Below are positions 1-8,033 of a stretch of 64,000 nt of DNA, piece by piece. Location: positions 1-64,000 of IMG/VR virus record IMGVR_UViG_3300036846_000555; one strand, written 5' to 3'. Numbering within the stretch: the stretch's first letter is position 1; each line of letters opens with the position of its first letter. The notes beneath the pieces are model-generated. The model was not told where the DNA came from. It ran no database searches and worked only from the letters and a program-made list of their open reading frames with translations. Both the position numbers and the translations under genes were made by a program. This stretch comes from a virus.

Positions 1-383
1 TGCGGATCGCGGTCAACGAGCGCCGCAAGAACCAGGCCACCAACGACTGGGAGGACCGCCCCAACTACTTCAACGTGACGATCTGGAGCGGCCTGGGCGA
101 GTGGGTCGCCAACAACCTGGGCAAGGGCGCCGGGATCGCCGTGTCCGGCCGGTTGAGCTGGCATGAGTGGGACACGCAGGACGGCCAGCATCGCGAGGCG
201 GTCGACATCATCGCCGACTCGATCATGCCTCAGCGCGACCACACCGGCGGCACCGGCGGCCCGTCCGCCGGGCGTGTCCGCGAGCCCGAGTCCGACGTCC
301 CGATCGACACGGGTGACCTGCCGCCCGTCCCGGTCGGCACCGCGGCGACACCAGTAGACGACACGGATGACATCCCGTTTTGA
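1..383 (+). CDS. ssb: Single-stranded DNA-binding protein, 5' truncated by the window edge
   Basis: The frame is open from base 3 (RIAVNERRKNQATNDWEDRPNYFNVTIW...GIAVSGRL...VDIIAD), an OB-fold SSB pattern. It ends in the acidic tail DDTDDIPF. Confidence 0.95.
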   Translation, partial: RIAVNERRKNQATNDWEDRPNYFNVTIWSGLGEWVANNLGKGAGIAVSGRLSWHEWDTQDGQHREAVDIIADSIMPQRDHTGGTGGPSAGRVREPESDVPIDTGDLPPVPVGTAATPVDDTDDIPF

Positions 384-402
384 TTGACCGTTCTGTCATC
401 AT

Positions 403-864
403 GTGCGTGTGCCCATGCGGCCGACCTGTACGTGCGGCGAGTGCCGGAAGTGCAAGGCGCGTGAGCGTGCGCGCAGCAACTACCAGGCGAAGACACCCGA
501 GCAACGCCGGGCCATCGTAGAGGCGCGGGACTCTGAGAAGGTTCGTGCCGCCGACCGAGCCCGCTATCAGCGCGACAGGGAGAAGCGAGTAGCTGCGCAG
601 GTGGCCTACCAGGCGACGCCCGAGGGCAAGGCAGCCCACAACCGCGCTGCGCGCGAATGGGCGCAGCGCAACGTGCTGAAGCGGAAGGCACACGAGGCCG
701 TTGGCAACGCGATCCGGGATCGCAGGCTCACGAAGGGCCCGTGCGAGGTCGGCGTCGGCTGCAAGGGCAGGGTGCAGGCGCACCACGAGGACTACTCCAA
801 GCCGCTGGACGTCCGGTGGCTCTGCACGAAGCATCACCGCGTGGCGCACGCGGCCATCGGGTAG
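403..864 (+). CDS. Phage HNH-type endonuclease
   Basis: N-terminal CxCxxC...C and C-terminal CEV..GC...VQAHHEDYSKPLDVRWLCTKHHRVAH, typical of phage HNH proteins. Confidence 0.75.
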   Translation: MRVPMRPTCTCGECRKCKARERARSNYQAKTPEQRRAIVEARDSEKVRAADRARYQRDREKRVAAQVAYQATPEGKAAHNRAAREWAQRNVLKRKAHEAVGNAIRDRRLTKGPCEVGVGCKGRVQAHHEDYSKPLDVRWLCTKHHRVAHAAIG

Positions 865-873
865 CAGGAGACC

Positions 874-1053
874 GTGTTGACAATTCCTCTCACACCTCTC
901 GCTGTCCTGCTGCTGGGCATCTGGGCGCTGTTCCGCACCCTGGGCCACATCTCCAAGACGGCCGCGCTGATCCTGATCATCGTGTCGATGATCCTCGCGA
1001 TCCTCGCGATGCTCCGCCCGTACGCGTTCCGGCGCACAGTGCCTCCCGAGTGA
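874..1053 (+). CDS. Small two-TM membrane protein (59 aa), holin-like candidate
   Basis: Not in the ORF track. AGGAG RBS, then GTG; MLTIPLTPLAVLLLGIWALFRTLGHISKTAALILIIVSMILAILAMLRPYAFRRTVPPE. Confidence 0.65.
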   Translation: MLTIPLTPLAVLLLGIWALFRTLGHISKTAALILIIVSMILAILAMLRPYAFRRTVPPE

Positions 1054-1083
1054 GGTCGTGCCTGATTGGGGTAGCTCTAGGGC

Positions 1084-1242
1084 ATGATCGGAGCCATCCT
1101 GGTGATTGCCGGACTACTGATATGGCTGCTTGCTGGCCTGCCTCTAGTCGGCATCATTCTGCTAGTCATCGGGCTGTGTTTCCTGTTCGCCGGTCCCTAT
1201 AGCTACAGCTACGGGTGGCACGGCCGCAGAGCGCCGCCTTAG
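1084..1242 (+). CDS. Small two-TM membrane protein (52 aa)
   Basis: Not in the ORF track. MIGAILVIAGLLIWLLAGLPLVGIILLVIGLCFLFAGPYSYSYGWHGRRAPP. Confidence 0.6.
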   Translation: MIGAILVIAGLLIWLLAGLPLVGIILLVIGLCFLFAGPYSYSYGWHGRRAPP

Positions 1243-1252
1243 ATGACGTGGC

Positions 1253-1278
1253 CCGCCGCCAGTCGGGGCTGGCGGCGG
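1253..1278 (+). terminator. GC-rich hairpin after the small membrane genes
   Basis: ccgccgccagtc-gg-ggctggcggcgg inverted repeat with no U-tract. Confidence 0.45.
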
Positions 1279-1328
1279 ACCGCCAAAGACGCTAACCGCG
1301 GATCGGCCGAGACTCACAAGCCATTGCG

Positions 1329-1362
1329 TAAGCGCACGTCGTGTGCTATCATCTAGGTGCGG
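1329..1362 (+). promoter_or_regulatory. Repeated phage promoter/operator element, copy 1
   Basis: TAAGCGCAC-GTC-GTGTGC-TATCAT-CTAGGTGCGG. Confidence 0.8.
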
Positions 1363-1522
1363 GGTGAGGAAGGGCCTCCCGGCCGGAGCGCTCTCTCCCC
1401 CCGGCTTTCGAAGCCGTCACCGCTCTCGGGGGTCACCGGATCCGGCGTCCAGAGAGGAGACCGGCGCCACGGATGGCGCGACGTTGACGGCGGCGGGACA
1501 CGACCAACGACCGAGGAGAACC

Positions 1523-1840
1523 ATGCCACTGCCAGACCCTCAGCTCGCCTACTACGACGCGCTGATCGCCGCCGCTGAGAAGCAGCTCGACGCTGACGCG
1601 TTCGAATGGGCGGCATCGACCGAGCCCGAGTCGCACGACTTCTACGGCGGCTCGTACGAGAACGGCTACGACGATCCCGACGAGTACCGCGCGACCGTGC
1701 TGGAGATCGGCGCCCGCGACGTCGCCGGGAAGATCGAGCACTGGGAGTCGGCGATCGCCTCCGCGGACGACCCGAGCGTGCCGTTCCGGCCGCGCGGGCT
1801 GGACCCGATTCAGCGGGCCGAGATACGAGCGGGCGCGTAG
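1523..1840 (+). CDS. Acidic hypothetical protein (105 aa)
   Basis: The true start is the ATG at 1523 after ACGACCGAGGAG; the ORF-track start at 1343 lies in the promoter. Confidence 0.75.
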   Translation: MPLPDPQLAYYDALIAAAEKQLDADAFEWAASTEPESHDFYGGSYENGYDDPDEYRATVLEIGARDVAGKIEHWESAIASADDPSVPFRPRGLDPIQRAEIRAGA

Positions 1841-1844
1841 CGCG

Positions 1845-2098
1845 CCCTCCCTCTCGCCAAGGGCCTCCTTGTGGTCCTGAATGCGGGGAGAGCGCCGGGG
1901 AAGTGGCAAGCAACCCGGCGCACCGGTATTGCCATACCAGGCGCCGAGGGCCCGGCGGCCGGTTGATGCCGGGCCCTCAGACCCCTGGATGACCAGGCTG
2001 CGCACGTCGGAGAGGCCTGCACGTTAATGAGGGGCGATCACCGGGCCGCGCGTAGCCATCAGTGAGTCTCTCACCCCGACACCGCAACACCTCACACG
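1845..2098 (-). ncRNA. Candidate structured non-coding RNA
   Basis: No credible ORF. At least 5 hairpins, including ggtat-g-GCAA-tacc (a GNRA loop on the minus strand). It lies directly downstream of a minus-strand copy of the promoter motif. Confidence 0.45.
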
Positions 2099-2105
2099 GA
2101 TCCGT

Positions 2106-2130
2106 GTTCTAGCGCACGACGTGGTATAAC
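2106..2130. promoter_or_regulatory. Bidirectional copy of the promoter/operator element
   Basis: Plus strand: CTAGCGCAC-GAC-GTGG-TATAAC. Minus strand: CAC-GTC-GTGCGC-TAGAAC. Confidence 0.6.
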
Positions 2131-2182
2131 GCCACACCAGCCGTCGCGTGGCGCGGCGGCGCTAACCGAAGAGGGGTGAGAA

Positions 2183-2965
2183 GTGCGCAGAGCCCTGATG
2201 GCCATTCCGGGCATCGCGGGTATCGCGGCGGCGGTCCTGGCAGCAACGGCGCTGGCCGGTCAGCCCGGGGGACAGCTTCCGGGGTGCGAGCCGTCGCATC
2301 AGACGCCGCAGAAGTGCATGTGCCCGGACGGGCACCACGTGTCGATGGACGGCAACCGCCGCGATAAGTGCCCGACCGAGGAGAAGTGCGACGACGCCAA
2401 GATGAAGTCGCCGTGCTGCGATTCGGACAACGACAGGGATGACGTCGACTGCCCGACCAGCAGCAGCAGCAGCACGAGCAGTAGCAGCACGAGCAGTAGC
2501 AGTACCACAAGCAGCACGCCGACGACCAGCTCGACGACGAGCAGCCAGACGGTGACGGTGTCCGTGACCGGCCCTCCCGGCCCTCCCGGCCCTCCTGGCG
2601 CAACGGGGCCTGCCGGACCAGGCGGTCCGAACGGCGCGAACGGCGCGAACGGCAAGAACGGCAAGCCCGCCAAGCCGTGCGTCGTGACCCTGAAGTCGGC
2701 GGAGACGCGGCGTCTGCCAGCGCGGTTCGCCAAGGTCAAGCGGCTGGCCGTGCTCGTTCCCGGGCGCAGGCCGCAGATCCAGCCGGTGCTCCGGGGACCG
2801 CGCGTCCGCGTCAACCTCAAGGGCCTGAAGTGCGGCACGTACGGGATCGTCATCACCGTGCCGAACAGCCGGATCATGCCGGTGCTGCGAATCTGGATCC
2901 TGCCTGGCGGTAAGCGCCTGGAGCGGGTCGGGTTCCCGCTGCCGGTCCCGCCCGAGCTGAACTGA
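2183..2965 (+). CDS. Exported protein: signal peptide, Cys-rich domain, Ser/Thr linker, collagen repeat, basic beta-rich C-terminus
   Basis: Hydrophobic N-terminus ending ATALA, 8 Cys within about 60 aa, an SSSSTSSSS tract and GPP GPP GPP GAT repeats. Confidence 0.8.
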   Translation: MRRALMAIPGIAGIAAAVLAATALAGQPGGQLPGCEPSHQTPQKCMCPDGHHVSMDGNRRDKCPTEEKCDDAKMKSPCCDSDNDRDDVDCPTSSSSSTSSSSTSSSSTTSSTPTTSSTTSSQTVTVSVTGPPGPPGPPGATGPAGPGGPNGANGANGKNGKPAKPCVVTLKSAETRRLPARFAKVKRLAVLVPGRRPQIQPVLRGPRVRVNLKGLKCGTYGIVITVPNSRIMPVLRIWILPGGKRLERVGFPLPVPPELN

Positions 2966-2977
2966 GCGGACATCCTG

Positions 2978-3007
2978 GGCAGCCACCGCCTCGCGGCGGT
3001 GGCTGCC
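2978..3007. terminator. Bidirectional hairpin between convergent genes
   Basis: Perfect 13-bp stem ggcagccaccgcc-tcgc-ggcggtggctgcc. Confidence 0.7.
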
Positions 3008-3014
3008 GAGGAGC

Positions 3015-3536
3015 CTAGTAGACGTGGTAGCCGACGCTGCCGACGCCGCCGAAGCCGAGCGCTCCGGCGGTGTTCTGGCTCAGGTCGATGTTGCGGCCGC
3101 CCGCGTACGGCCCGTGATCGTCGACGACGGCCGTGACCTGCCGACCGCCGTAGAACAGCAGGATCCGCGTCCCGAACGCGTAGCACGGCCCGGCTGAGCC
3201 GCACATCGCTACCCCGTAGGTGGCGTGCCACCCCGAGGCGGTCTGCCCGCTGTCGTCATACCAGGACGCCAGCCACAGGCCGTCGGGCTGCGGGTGGCGG
3301 CGTAACCGCCACGCCTTGACGGCACGCGCCCTGTAGGCCCGTATGCGGGCCTTGGAGACGGCCGGGCGGGCGCAGCGCACGAAGCGCCGCAGATGGGCTC
3401 TGTCGGCCCGTGTGACGTCCCTGGTGCCGCCGTAGGCGACGCTGATCGCCCGCTTGATCATCGGCCCGGAGAACGTCTTGGGGCAGGCAGGCTGGGGCGT
3501 GACGGCCGTGATGGCCGCCACCAGCAGAGCGGTCAT
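3015..3536 (-). CDS. RlpA-like double-psi beta-barrel protein (lytic transglycosylase family), exported
   Basis: ASWYDD...TASG...FGTRI...VTAVVDDHGPY..GRNIDLSQNTAGALG matches the RlpA DPBB pattern. Confidence 0.85.
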   Translation of the reverse strand: MTALLVAAITAVTPQPACPKTFSGPMIKRAISVAYGGTRDVTRADRAHLRRFVRCARPAVSKARIRAYRARAVKAWRLRRHPQPDGLWLASWYDDSGQTASGWHATYGVAMCGSAGPCYAFGTRILLFYGGRQVTAVVDDHGPYAGGRNIDLSQNTAGALGFGGVGSVGYHVY

Positions 3537-3539
3537 GAC

Positions 3540-4103
3540 TCAGCCGCCGCAGCCGACCCACTGGCCTGCGCCAGCGGCATGGTAGATCCGCTCCGCGCAC
3601 ACGTCCTGCCCGGCGGGCGTACTCAGATCGCAACCATAACCCGCTGCTGTAGAGGGCAGAATCTGGTAGCGACCCGTAGCTCCTGAGCTGGGGTTCGTGT
3701 TGTCGGGACCGGTCGAGTAGTTCGTGCCGGATTCCGACGCGCAAGCAGGCACTCCTGCCGCCCCACCGCCGCCGTAGGAAGTGGACGCGGGGTGGTAGGA
3801 GCTATTCGCTGCCGCGACGCTGGGCGCTGCCGCGACGCTGGGCGCGTGGTACACCGGCCGTGGCGCGAACATTCGGTGAAGCACGCTGATCGAGGCTCGG
3901 ATCCGCGCGTCGGTCATGTGACCGGTGCAGCTTGCGTGGGGCCCGATCAGCTTGCACCCGGCGGAGCGGCTGCCGAACCTGTCGGCGACGTGAGCGTAGG
4001 CCCGGCCGTAGGAGACGGCCTCCGCGTGCGTGAGCGCCTGCGCGCTGCCTGCGGGTACAGCAACGGCGAGCACGAAGCTCGCCGTGAGGGTCAATCGCTT
4101 CAA
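3540..4103 (-). CDS. Secreted Rpf-like (resuscitation-promoting factor) transglycosylase
   Basis: TTG start with AGGAG RBS and a signal peptide (AQA). C-terminal CASESGTNY...GATGRYQILPST...QDVCAERIY...GAGQWVGCG is the Rpf/lysozyme-like motif. Confidence 0.8.
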   Translation of the reverse strand: MKRLTLTASFVLAVAVPAGSAQALTHAEAVSYGRAYAHVADRFGSRSAGCKLIGPHASCTGHMTDARIRASISVLHRMFAPRPVYHAPSVAAAPSVAAANSSYHPASTSYGGGGAAGVPACASESGTNYSTGPDNTNPSSGATGRYQILPSTAAGYGCDLSTPAGQDVCAERIYHAAGAGQWVGCGG

Positions 4104-4303
4104 GATGACTCCTGACGGTTGATGTGGTCACTGGACTGCAGGCGCGCTAGGCCTGACGACGGCCCGACCTACCCGGGGCTCCTGCCCCTCACTTCGGAGC
4201 GCGCTGAGTGTGGTCCGTGGGTACTCCTCCTTTGGTTGCGTTCAGGGCGGCCCCGAGTACTCCGGTTTTCGGGACCGCCCGTGCTGGCACAGCGCCGGGC
4301 ACT

Positions 4304-4356
4304 GTAACACGATGCGCGCTATCCTGTACCAAACCGATCCCGACCGACCGAGGAGG
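4304..4356 (+). promoter_or_regulatory. Promoter/operator element with extended RBS
   Basis: GTAACAC-GAT-GCGCGC-TATCCT ... CGACCGACCGAGGAGG. Confidence 0.7.
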
Positions 4357-4361
4357 ACTGG

Positions 4362-4619
4362 ATGAGTACCGAACCACCGCGCGAGGTGTTGTGGATCGGC
4401 GAGCTGCTGAACGACGACGGCGCCGTCACCGCGCGCGCGCTGGTCCCCGAGGATCAGGTCCAGACAGCCAAGGCGGCACACTGGCGGGTGCTGCGCTACA
4501 CGCTGGCGGATCCGAGCATCTCCGAGGCCATCGACATCGGCGTGCGCCTGGCGAACGCGCAGCGGGTCGACGCGCCGCGTGGCTTTCAGCGCAGGCGCCG
4601 ACGTTGGCGGGCGGCATGA
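4362..4619 (+). CDS. Hypothetical protein
   Basis: Strong RBS; first gene of an ATGA-coupled run. Confidence 0.7.
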   Translation: MSTEPPREVLWIGELLNDDGAVTARALVPEDQVQTAKAAHWRVLRYTLADPSISEAIDIGVRLANAQRVDAPRGFQRRRRRWRAA

Positions 4620-4807
4620 CTGACGAGCGTGGGCATCCGCCCATCGACATCACGAACCGACGAGACAGGGAGAGCAAGGTCGTCCGCTTGCAGCCAACAT
4701 GCCACCTGGCGCAGTGGTGGTACAACGGCCGCTGCCACCATCCCGACCACCACTACGACCACCGCGGGCGGCTGGTCTACGTCAAGGTGGATCGAGGGCG
4801 ACGGTGA
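4616..4807 (+). CDS. Hypothetical protein (His/Cys-rich)
   Basis: ATGA overlap; MTDERGHPPIDITNRRDRESKVVRLQPTCHLAQWWYNGRCHH. Confidence 0.55.
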   Translation: MTDERGHPPIDITNRRDRESKVVRLQPTCHLAQWWYNGRCHHPDHHYDHRGRLVYVKVDRGRR

Positions 4808-5028
4808 TGGCGCTCTACGACGCTGAGCTGAACGCTCGCCGGGCGTCCGCGCCGGAGCCGATCAACAACGCGACCCTTCCCGCCGGGTCGCCGATGTACT
4901 ACTACTGCAAGTCGTGCGGTCACCTCACGGCCGAGCTGCCCGAGGACTGGTACGCAACGCCGCCGCCGACGTTCTGCGACTGGTGCGTCGAGCATGGCTA
5001 TGGCTCATCGAAGGCACCTTCGTCATGA
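4807..5028 (+). CDS. Zinc-ribbon protein
   Basis: YYCKSCGH...FCDWC; TGATG coupling. Confidence 0.7.
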   Translation: MALYDAELNARRASAPEPINNATLPAGSPMYYYCKSCGHLTAELPEDWYATPPPTFCDWCVEHGYGSSKAPSS

Positions 5029-5264
5029 GCGAGGGCGCGAAGGCCTACCACCTGCAGCTCAGCCGCGAGGACGACGACGTCATGGAGATCCCAAACGTCG
5101 GCCCGATCAGCGTGCTGCGTGCCTCGATTGGCGGGAGCGCCGAGTTCGGCTACTACCTCAAGTTCCGCGGTGACCCGGCCGACGTCGTGGCGATGCTGGA
5201 GCTGATCACCGAGGCCGCCAAGCAGCAGCTTCCCCGCGGCGCCTACGACGATCTCCGGTCGTGA
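5025..5264 (+). CDS. Hypothetical protein
   Basis: ATGA coupling and phage-like codon use. Confidence 0.7.
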   Translation: MSEGAKAYHLQLSREDDDVMEIPNVGPISVLRASIGGSAEFGYYLKFRGDPADVVAMLELITEAAKQQLPRGAYDDLRS

Positions 5265-5476
5265 GCTACTACCAGGTCGTCACCACGCTCGTCCGGGTCG
5301 ACGACGACCGCATCGCGCCGGTCACCGTCGGCCACTCCGTGCAGCGCCTCGACGAGCCCGAGCCGCGCAGCGACTACTACCAGTGGCATGCCGCCCAGCA
5401 GAACCACCTCGACGAGGGGAACGGCATCCAGCAGTTCACGGTCCTGGTGGGAGTCACCCGCGTCAAGATCGGATGA
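5261..5476 (+). CDS. Hypothetical protein
   Basis: GTGA coupling. Confidence 0.65.
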   Translation: MSYYQVVTTLVRVDDDRIAPVTVGHSVQRLDEPEPRSDYYQWHAAQQNHLDEGNGIQQFTVLVGVTRVKIG

Positions 5477-5802
5477 GCCGCAGCCCGTGCCCGAGCTGCC
5501 CGTGGCGGGTCGATCAGCACGCCGACGAGATCCCCGGCTTCAACCTGGAGCTGGCCGAGGGGCTGACCGCGACGCTGGACGACCAGCTCGGCGCGCCGAT
5601 GATGGCCTGCCACGGCTCCAAGACGGACCGCGAGGTGATCTGCGTCGGCTGGCTGTGGCGCTACGGCTGGGACTCGATCGGCGTCCGGCTGAAGCTACTG
5701 CGCGGCGACCTGGCGCCCGAGGATCTGGAGCCCGATCCGAGCATCCGGCTGCACGCCGACTTCGAAGAGTTCATCGCGAAGCTCCGCGCTGACTTTGAGT
5801 GA
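5473..5802 (+). CDS. DUF6283-like Cys/His metal-binding protein
   Basis: PCPSCPWR...MACH...VICVGWL pattern, recalled from memory. Confidence 0.6.
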   Translation: MSRSPCPSCPWRVDQHADEIPGFNLELAEGLTATLDDQLGAPMMACHGSKTDREVICVGWLWRYGWDSIGVRLKLLRGDLAPEDLEPDPSIRLHADFEEFIAKLRADFE

Positions 5803-5855
5803 CCGCCGGATCAATGTCGCGATCGCGACATTGATCCACCGCTAGCCTCGGCCTC

Positions 5856-5957
5856 ATGGCTGTGACGACCGTGGTCGAGATCGTCGTCGGCTGGTTGCTC
5901 GTAGCGGTCGCGGTCGGGATTCTCGTCGGCACGATGTTCGACCGCAACGGCAAGTGA
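5856..5957 (+). CDS. Single-TM microprotein (33 aa)
   Basis: Not in the ORF track. MAVTTVVEIVVGWLLVAVAVGILVGTMFDRNGK; the stop overlaps the next GTG. Confidence 0.5.
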   Translation: MAVTTVVEIVVGWLLVAVAVGILVGTMFDRNGK

Positions 5958-6190
5958 CTGACGACATCAGGCGCTACGAGCAGGCGATGGTGTGGCGCTC
6001 GCAGGCACTGCCGTTCATGCGCCTGAGCCTGGAGCATCTCCTCCAGGCGCGGGACGCGTGCCCGATGACGGGGCCGACGATGGAGCGCCGGAAGATCGAG
6101 CAGGCGATCAAGCTGGCGCGCGCGGCGTTGAAGGAGTGCGAGAACAACCTGGTGGTCGCCCGGCGGATGGTCGAGCGCCAGACACGCTAG
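5954..6190 (+). CDS. Helical hypothetical protein
   Basis: GTGA coupling. Confidence 0.6.
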   Translation: MTDDIRRYEQAMVWRSQALPFMRLSLEHLLQARDACPMTGPTMERRKIEQAIKLARAALKECENNLVVARRMVERQTR

Positions 6191-6219
6191 CGCGCAAGAT
6201 GAGTGCTAGGGTGTAGGCG
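6187..6219 (+). promoter_or_regulatory. Degenerate promoter element, probably giving a leaderless mRNA
   Basis: CTAGCGCGC-AAGATGAGTGC-TAGGGT-GTAGGCG directly followed by ATG 6220, with no SD. Confidence 0.5.
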
Positions 6220-6639
6220 ATGGCCGACCGAGGAGAAGCGAACAGCTTCAAGCACATCGTGTGGGACGACAGCAGCGTCCCCGAGCTGCAGGGCGCTTAC
6301 GTCATCCGCACCGGCGACGGCTTCATGCTGCACTGGCCGCACAGCCACGCGAGCATCATCCTCGCGAAGGGCGAGGACTGCGACCGGGCTCACATGGACC
6401 TGCTGATCGGCTACCTGCTCGACGCCGACGTCCCGCACGCCCGGCTACGCAAGGCCGGTGCTCGCGCCTACCTGTACGAGCCGTGGAAGATGCGGATCTT
6501 CGTGGACGAGATCAACCCGGGCTGGGGCAGCACGTGGCGCGCGCGGTTCCACGGGCTCGACATCAAGCTCGGGCGCCTGCGCAACTTCCGCGCGCTGCTG
6601 AACGAGCTGCGCGAGCAGCAGATCGAGAGGACCGGATGA
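6220..6639 (+). CDS. Hypothetical protein
   Basis: 139-aa ORF in the expected frame and codon usage. Confidence 0.7.
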   Translation: MADRGEANSFKHIVWDDSSVPELQGAYVIRTGDGFMLHWPHSHASIILAKGEDCDRAHMDLLIGYLLDADVPHARLRKAGARAYLYEPWKMRIFVDEINPGWGSTWRARFHGLDIKLGRLRNFRALLNELREQQIERTG

Positions 6640-6887
6640 GCGAGATCCCGTACGAGGTCACAGACCGTGGCTTCCGGCACTACGAGCCGATTGACACTCT
6701 CTACGGGCACAAGGTGCTCGTCTACGAGTCGTCCTCGGCGGCTGAGCCAGCGATCTGGCTCAGCGTCGGGCCGGGACAGACCGCGGGCGGGACCGCGCAC
6801 ATGAGCCTTGATCAGGCACGGCAACTGATCGTTGCGCTCACGGCCGCCATCGAGGGTCACTACCAGACGCGAGGGGACTCCGGATGA
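6636..6887 (+). CDS. Conserved phage hypothetical protein
   Basis: MSEIPYEVTDRGFRHYE...VYESSSAAEPAIWL...AHMSLDQARQL resembles a common small phage family. Confidence 0.7.
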   Translation: MSEIPYEVTDRGFRHYEPIDTLYGHKVLVYESSSAAEPAIWLSVGPGQTAGGTAHMSLDQARQLIVALTAAIEGHYQTRGDSG

Positions 6888-7129
6888 GCGAGATGCAGAT
6901 CACCCTGTCGGACGGGACGACGCTCACCTTCAGCCTCGCGATGACGCTCGGGCGGCTGCGCGACGAGCATGGCGTGGACAAGACGCACTGGCACAGGAAC
7001 GAGTGCGGTTGCTGCGTGACGCTGCACGCGCCGGTCGGCAGTTACCTGATCGGCAGTGACGGTGAGGCGGACTTCTTCCCGGGCGTGCATTGCGGCTGCG
7101 GCGACGACGTGACCGGACAGACGCGATGA
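6884..7129 (+). CDS. Cys/His-rich hypothetical protein
   Basis: HWHRNECGCC...HCGC; ATGA coupling. Confidence 0.65.
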   Translation: MSEMQITLSDGTTLTFSLAMTLGRLRDEHGVDKTHWHRNECGCCVTLHAPVGSYLIGSDGEADFFPGVHCGCGDDVTGQTR

Positions 7130-7362
7130 GCGCGCCCGGTCGCACCTTCCAGTTGCTGTGGTGCGAGCGGTGCGGCCACGCCGACGACGAGCTTCGACCG
7201 CCAAGACTCCCCGACTTCGCGCTCGCGTCAGGGCCGCTGGTCTGCACGGGCTGCAACGAGTCACTGACCCTCCTTGACTGCGAGGTGGCAGGCGGCGGCT
7301 TGCGTGACCGTCACAGCGGACGCTGGACGTGGGGCGCCCAGGACTTGGCGAGGGTCCGATGA
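7126..7362 (+). CDS. Zinc-ribbon protein
   Basis: WCERCG...VCTGC. Confidence 0.6.
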   Translation: MSAPGRTFQLLWCERCGHADDELRPPRLPDFALASGPLVCTGCNESLTLLDCEVAGGGLRDRHSGRWTWGAQDLARVR

Positions 7363-7556
7363 TCATCAAGGTCGAGACCTGGATCTACGTCGACGTCAAG
7401 GACACCGACCAGGCCGAGGAGGCCTGCCACGCGCTCATGCGCCTGGACCGGCAGATCAGCCGTGGCTTCCCGCACGGCGAGATCGTCGACACCAACGTCG
7501 ACCACTACGAGGTCGTCTCCGCGGAGGAGATCGCCGAGCGAGGCCTGGAGGAGTAG
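7359..7556 (+). CDS. Hypothetical protein
   Basis: ATGA coupling; MIIKVETWIYVDV. Confidence 0.65.
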   Translation: MIIKVETWIYVDVKDTDQAEEACHALMRLDRQISRGFPHGEIVDTNVDHYEVVSAEEIAERGLEE

Positions 7557-7654
7557 TGGGCCAGATCCTCGTCGACGTGATCGCGGGCCTGACGGTCCTG
7601 GTCGCGGTCGGCTTCGGCGTCGCTGCCTGGCAGGTATGGAAGGACGGACTGTGA
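7556..7654 (+). CDS. Single-TM microprotein (32 aa)
   Basis: TAGTG coupling; VGQILVDVIAGLTVLVAVGFGVAAWQVWKDGL. Confidence 0.55.
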   Translation: MGQILVDVIAGLTVLVAVGFGVAAWQVWKDGL

Positions 7655-7845
7655 GAGCGACGGTCGAGAACCTCCACGGCGTCATCGCCGACCTGCAGGA
7701 AAGCGCGCCCGTGCTGATCGCCACCGAGAACGGACTCGCCGAAGCGGACGTCATCTGGGACTGGGTCATCCAGCGAGACGACGGCTCCTGGGTCGAAACG
7801 ATCCCCGGCGCCGAGGAATGCGTCCGGGCGGTGATCGTCCGATGA
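7651..7845 (+). CDS. Hypothetical protein
   Basis: GTGA coupling; acidic. Confidence 0.6.
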   Translation: MRATVENLHGVIADLQESAPVLIATENGLAEADVIWDWVIQRDDGSWVETIPGAEECVRAVIVR

Positions 7846-8033
7846 TCATCGAGCTGAGCCATCCGTCGGATCCGCGCTTTCTCCTCGTGGCGGCACCGCC
7901 CGATCGCGTCGCGGTCGAGGATCTCGGAGCGTGGCGCTACGGCAAGCCGCTGATCCTCGCGCCTGGAGAGCCCGACCTGGTCTACGCGCAGCCGAATGGG
8001 CCCGGCACCGATTGGGTGCGCCCGGAGCGATGA
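7842..8033 (+). CDS. Hypothetical protein
   Basis: ATGA coupling. Confidence 0.55.
   Translation: MIIELSHPSDPRFLLVAAPPDRVAVEDLGAWRYGKPLILAPGEPDLVYAQPNGPGTDWVRPER

Noticed and set aside
2455-2545. Microsatellite or phase-variable tract (agc repeats)
   Set aside because: An in-frame Ser/Thr linker with mixed codons; unit changes would not shift the frame.
4104-4300. Definite c-di-AMP (ydaO) riboswitch call
   Set aside because: Only fragments resemble the consensus; kept as an unassigned structured leader pending a covariance-model search.
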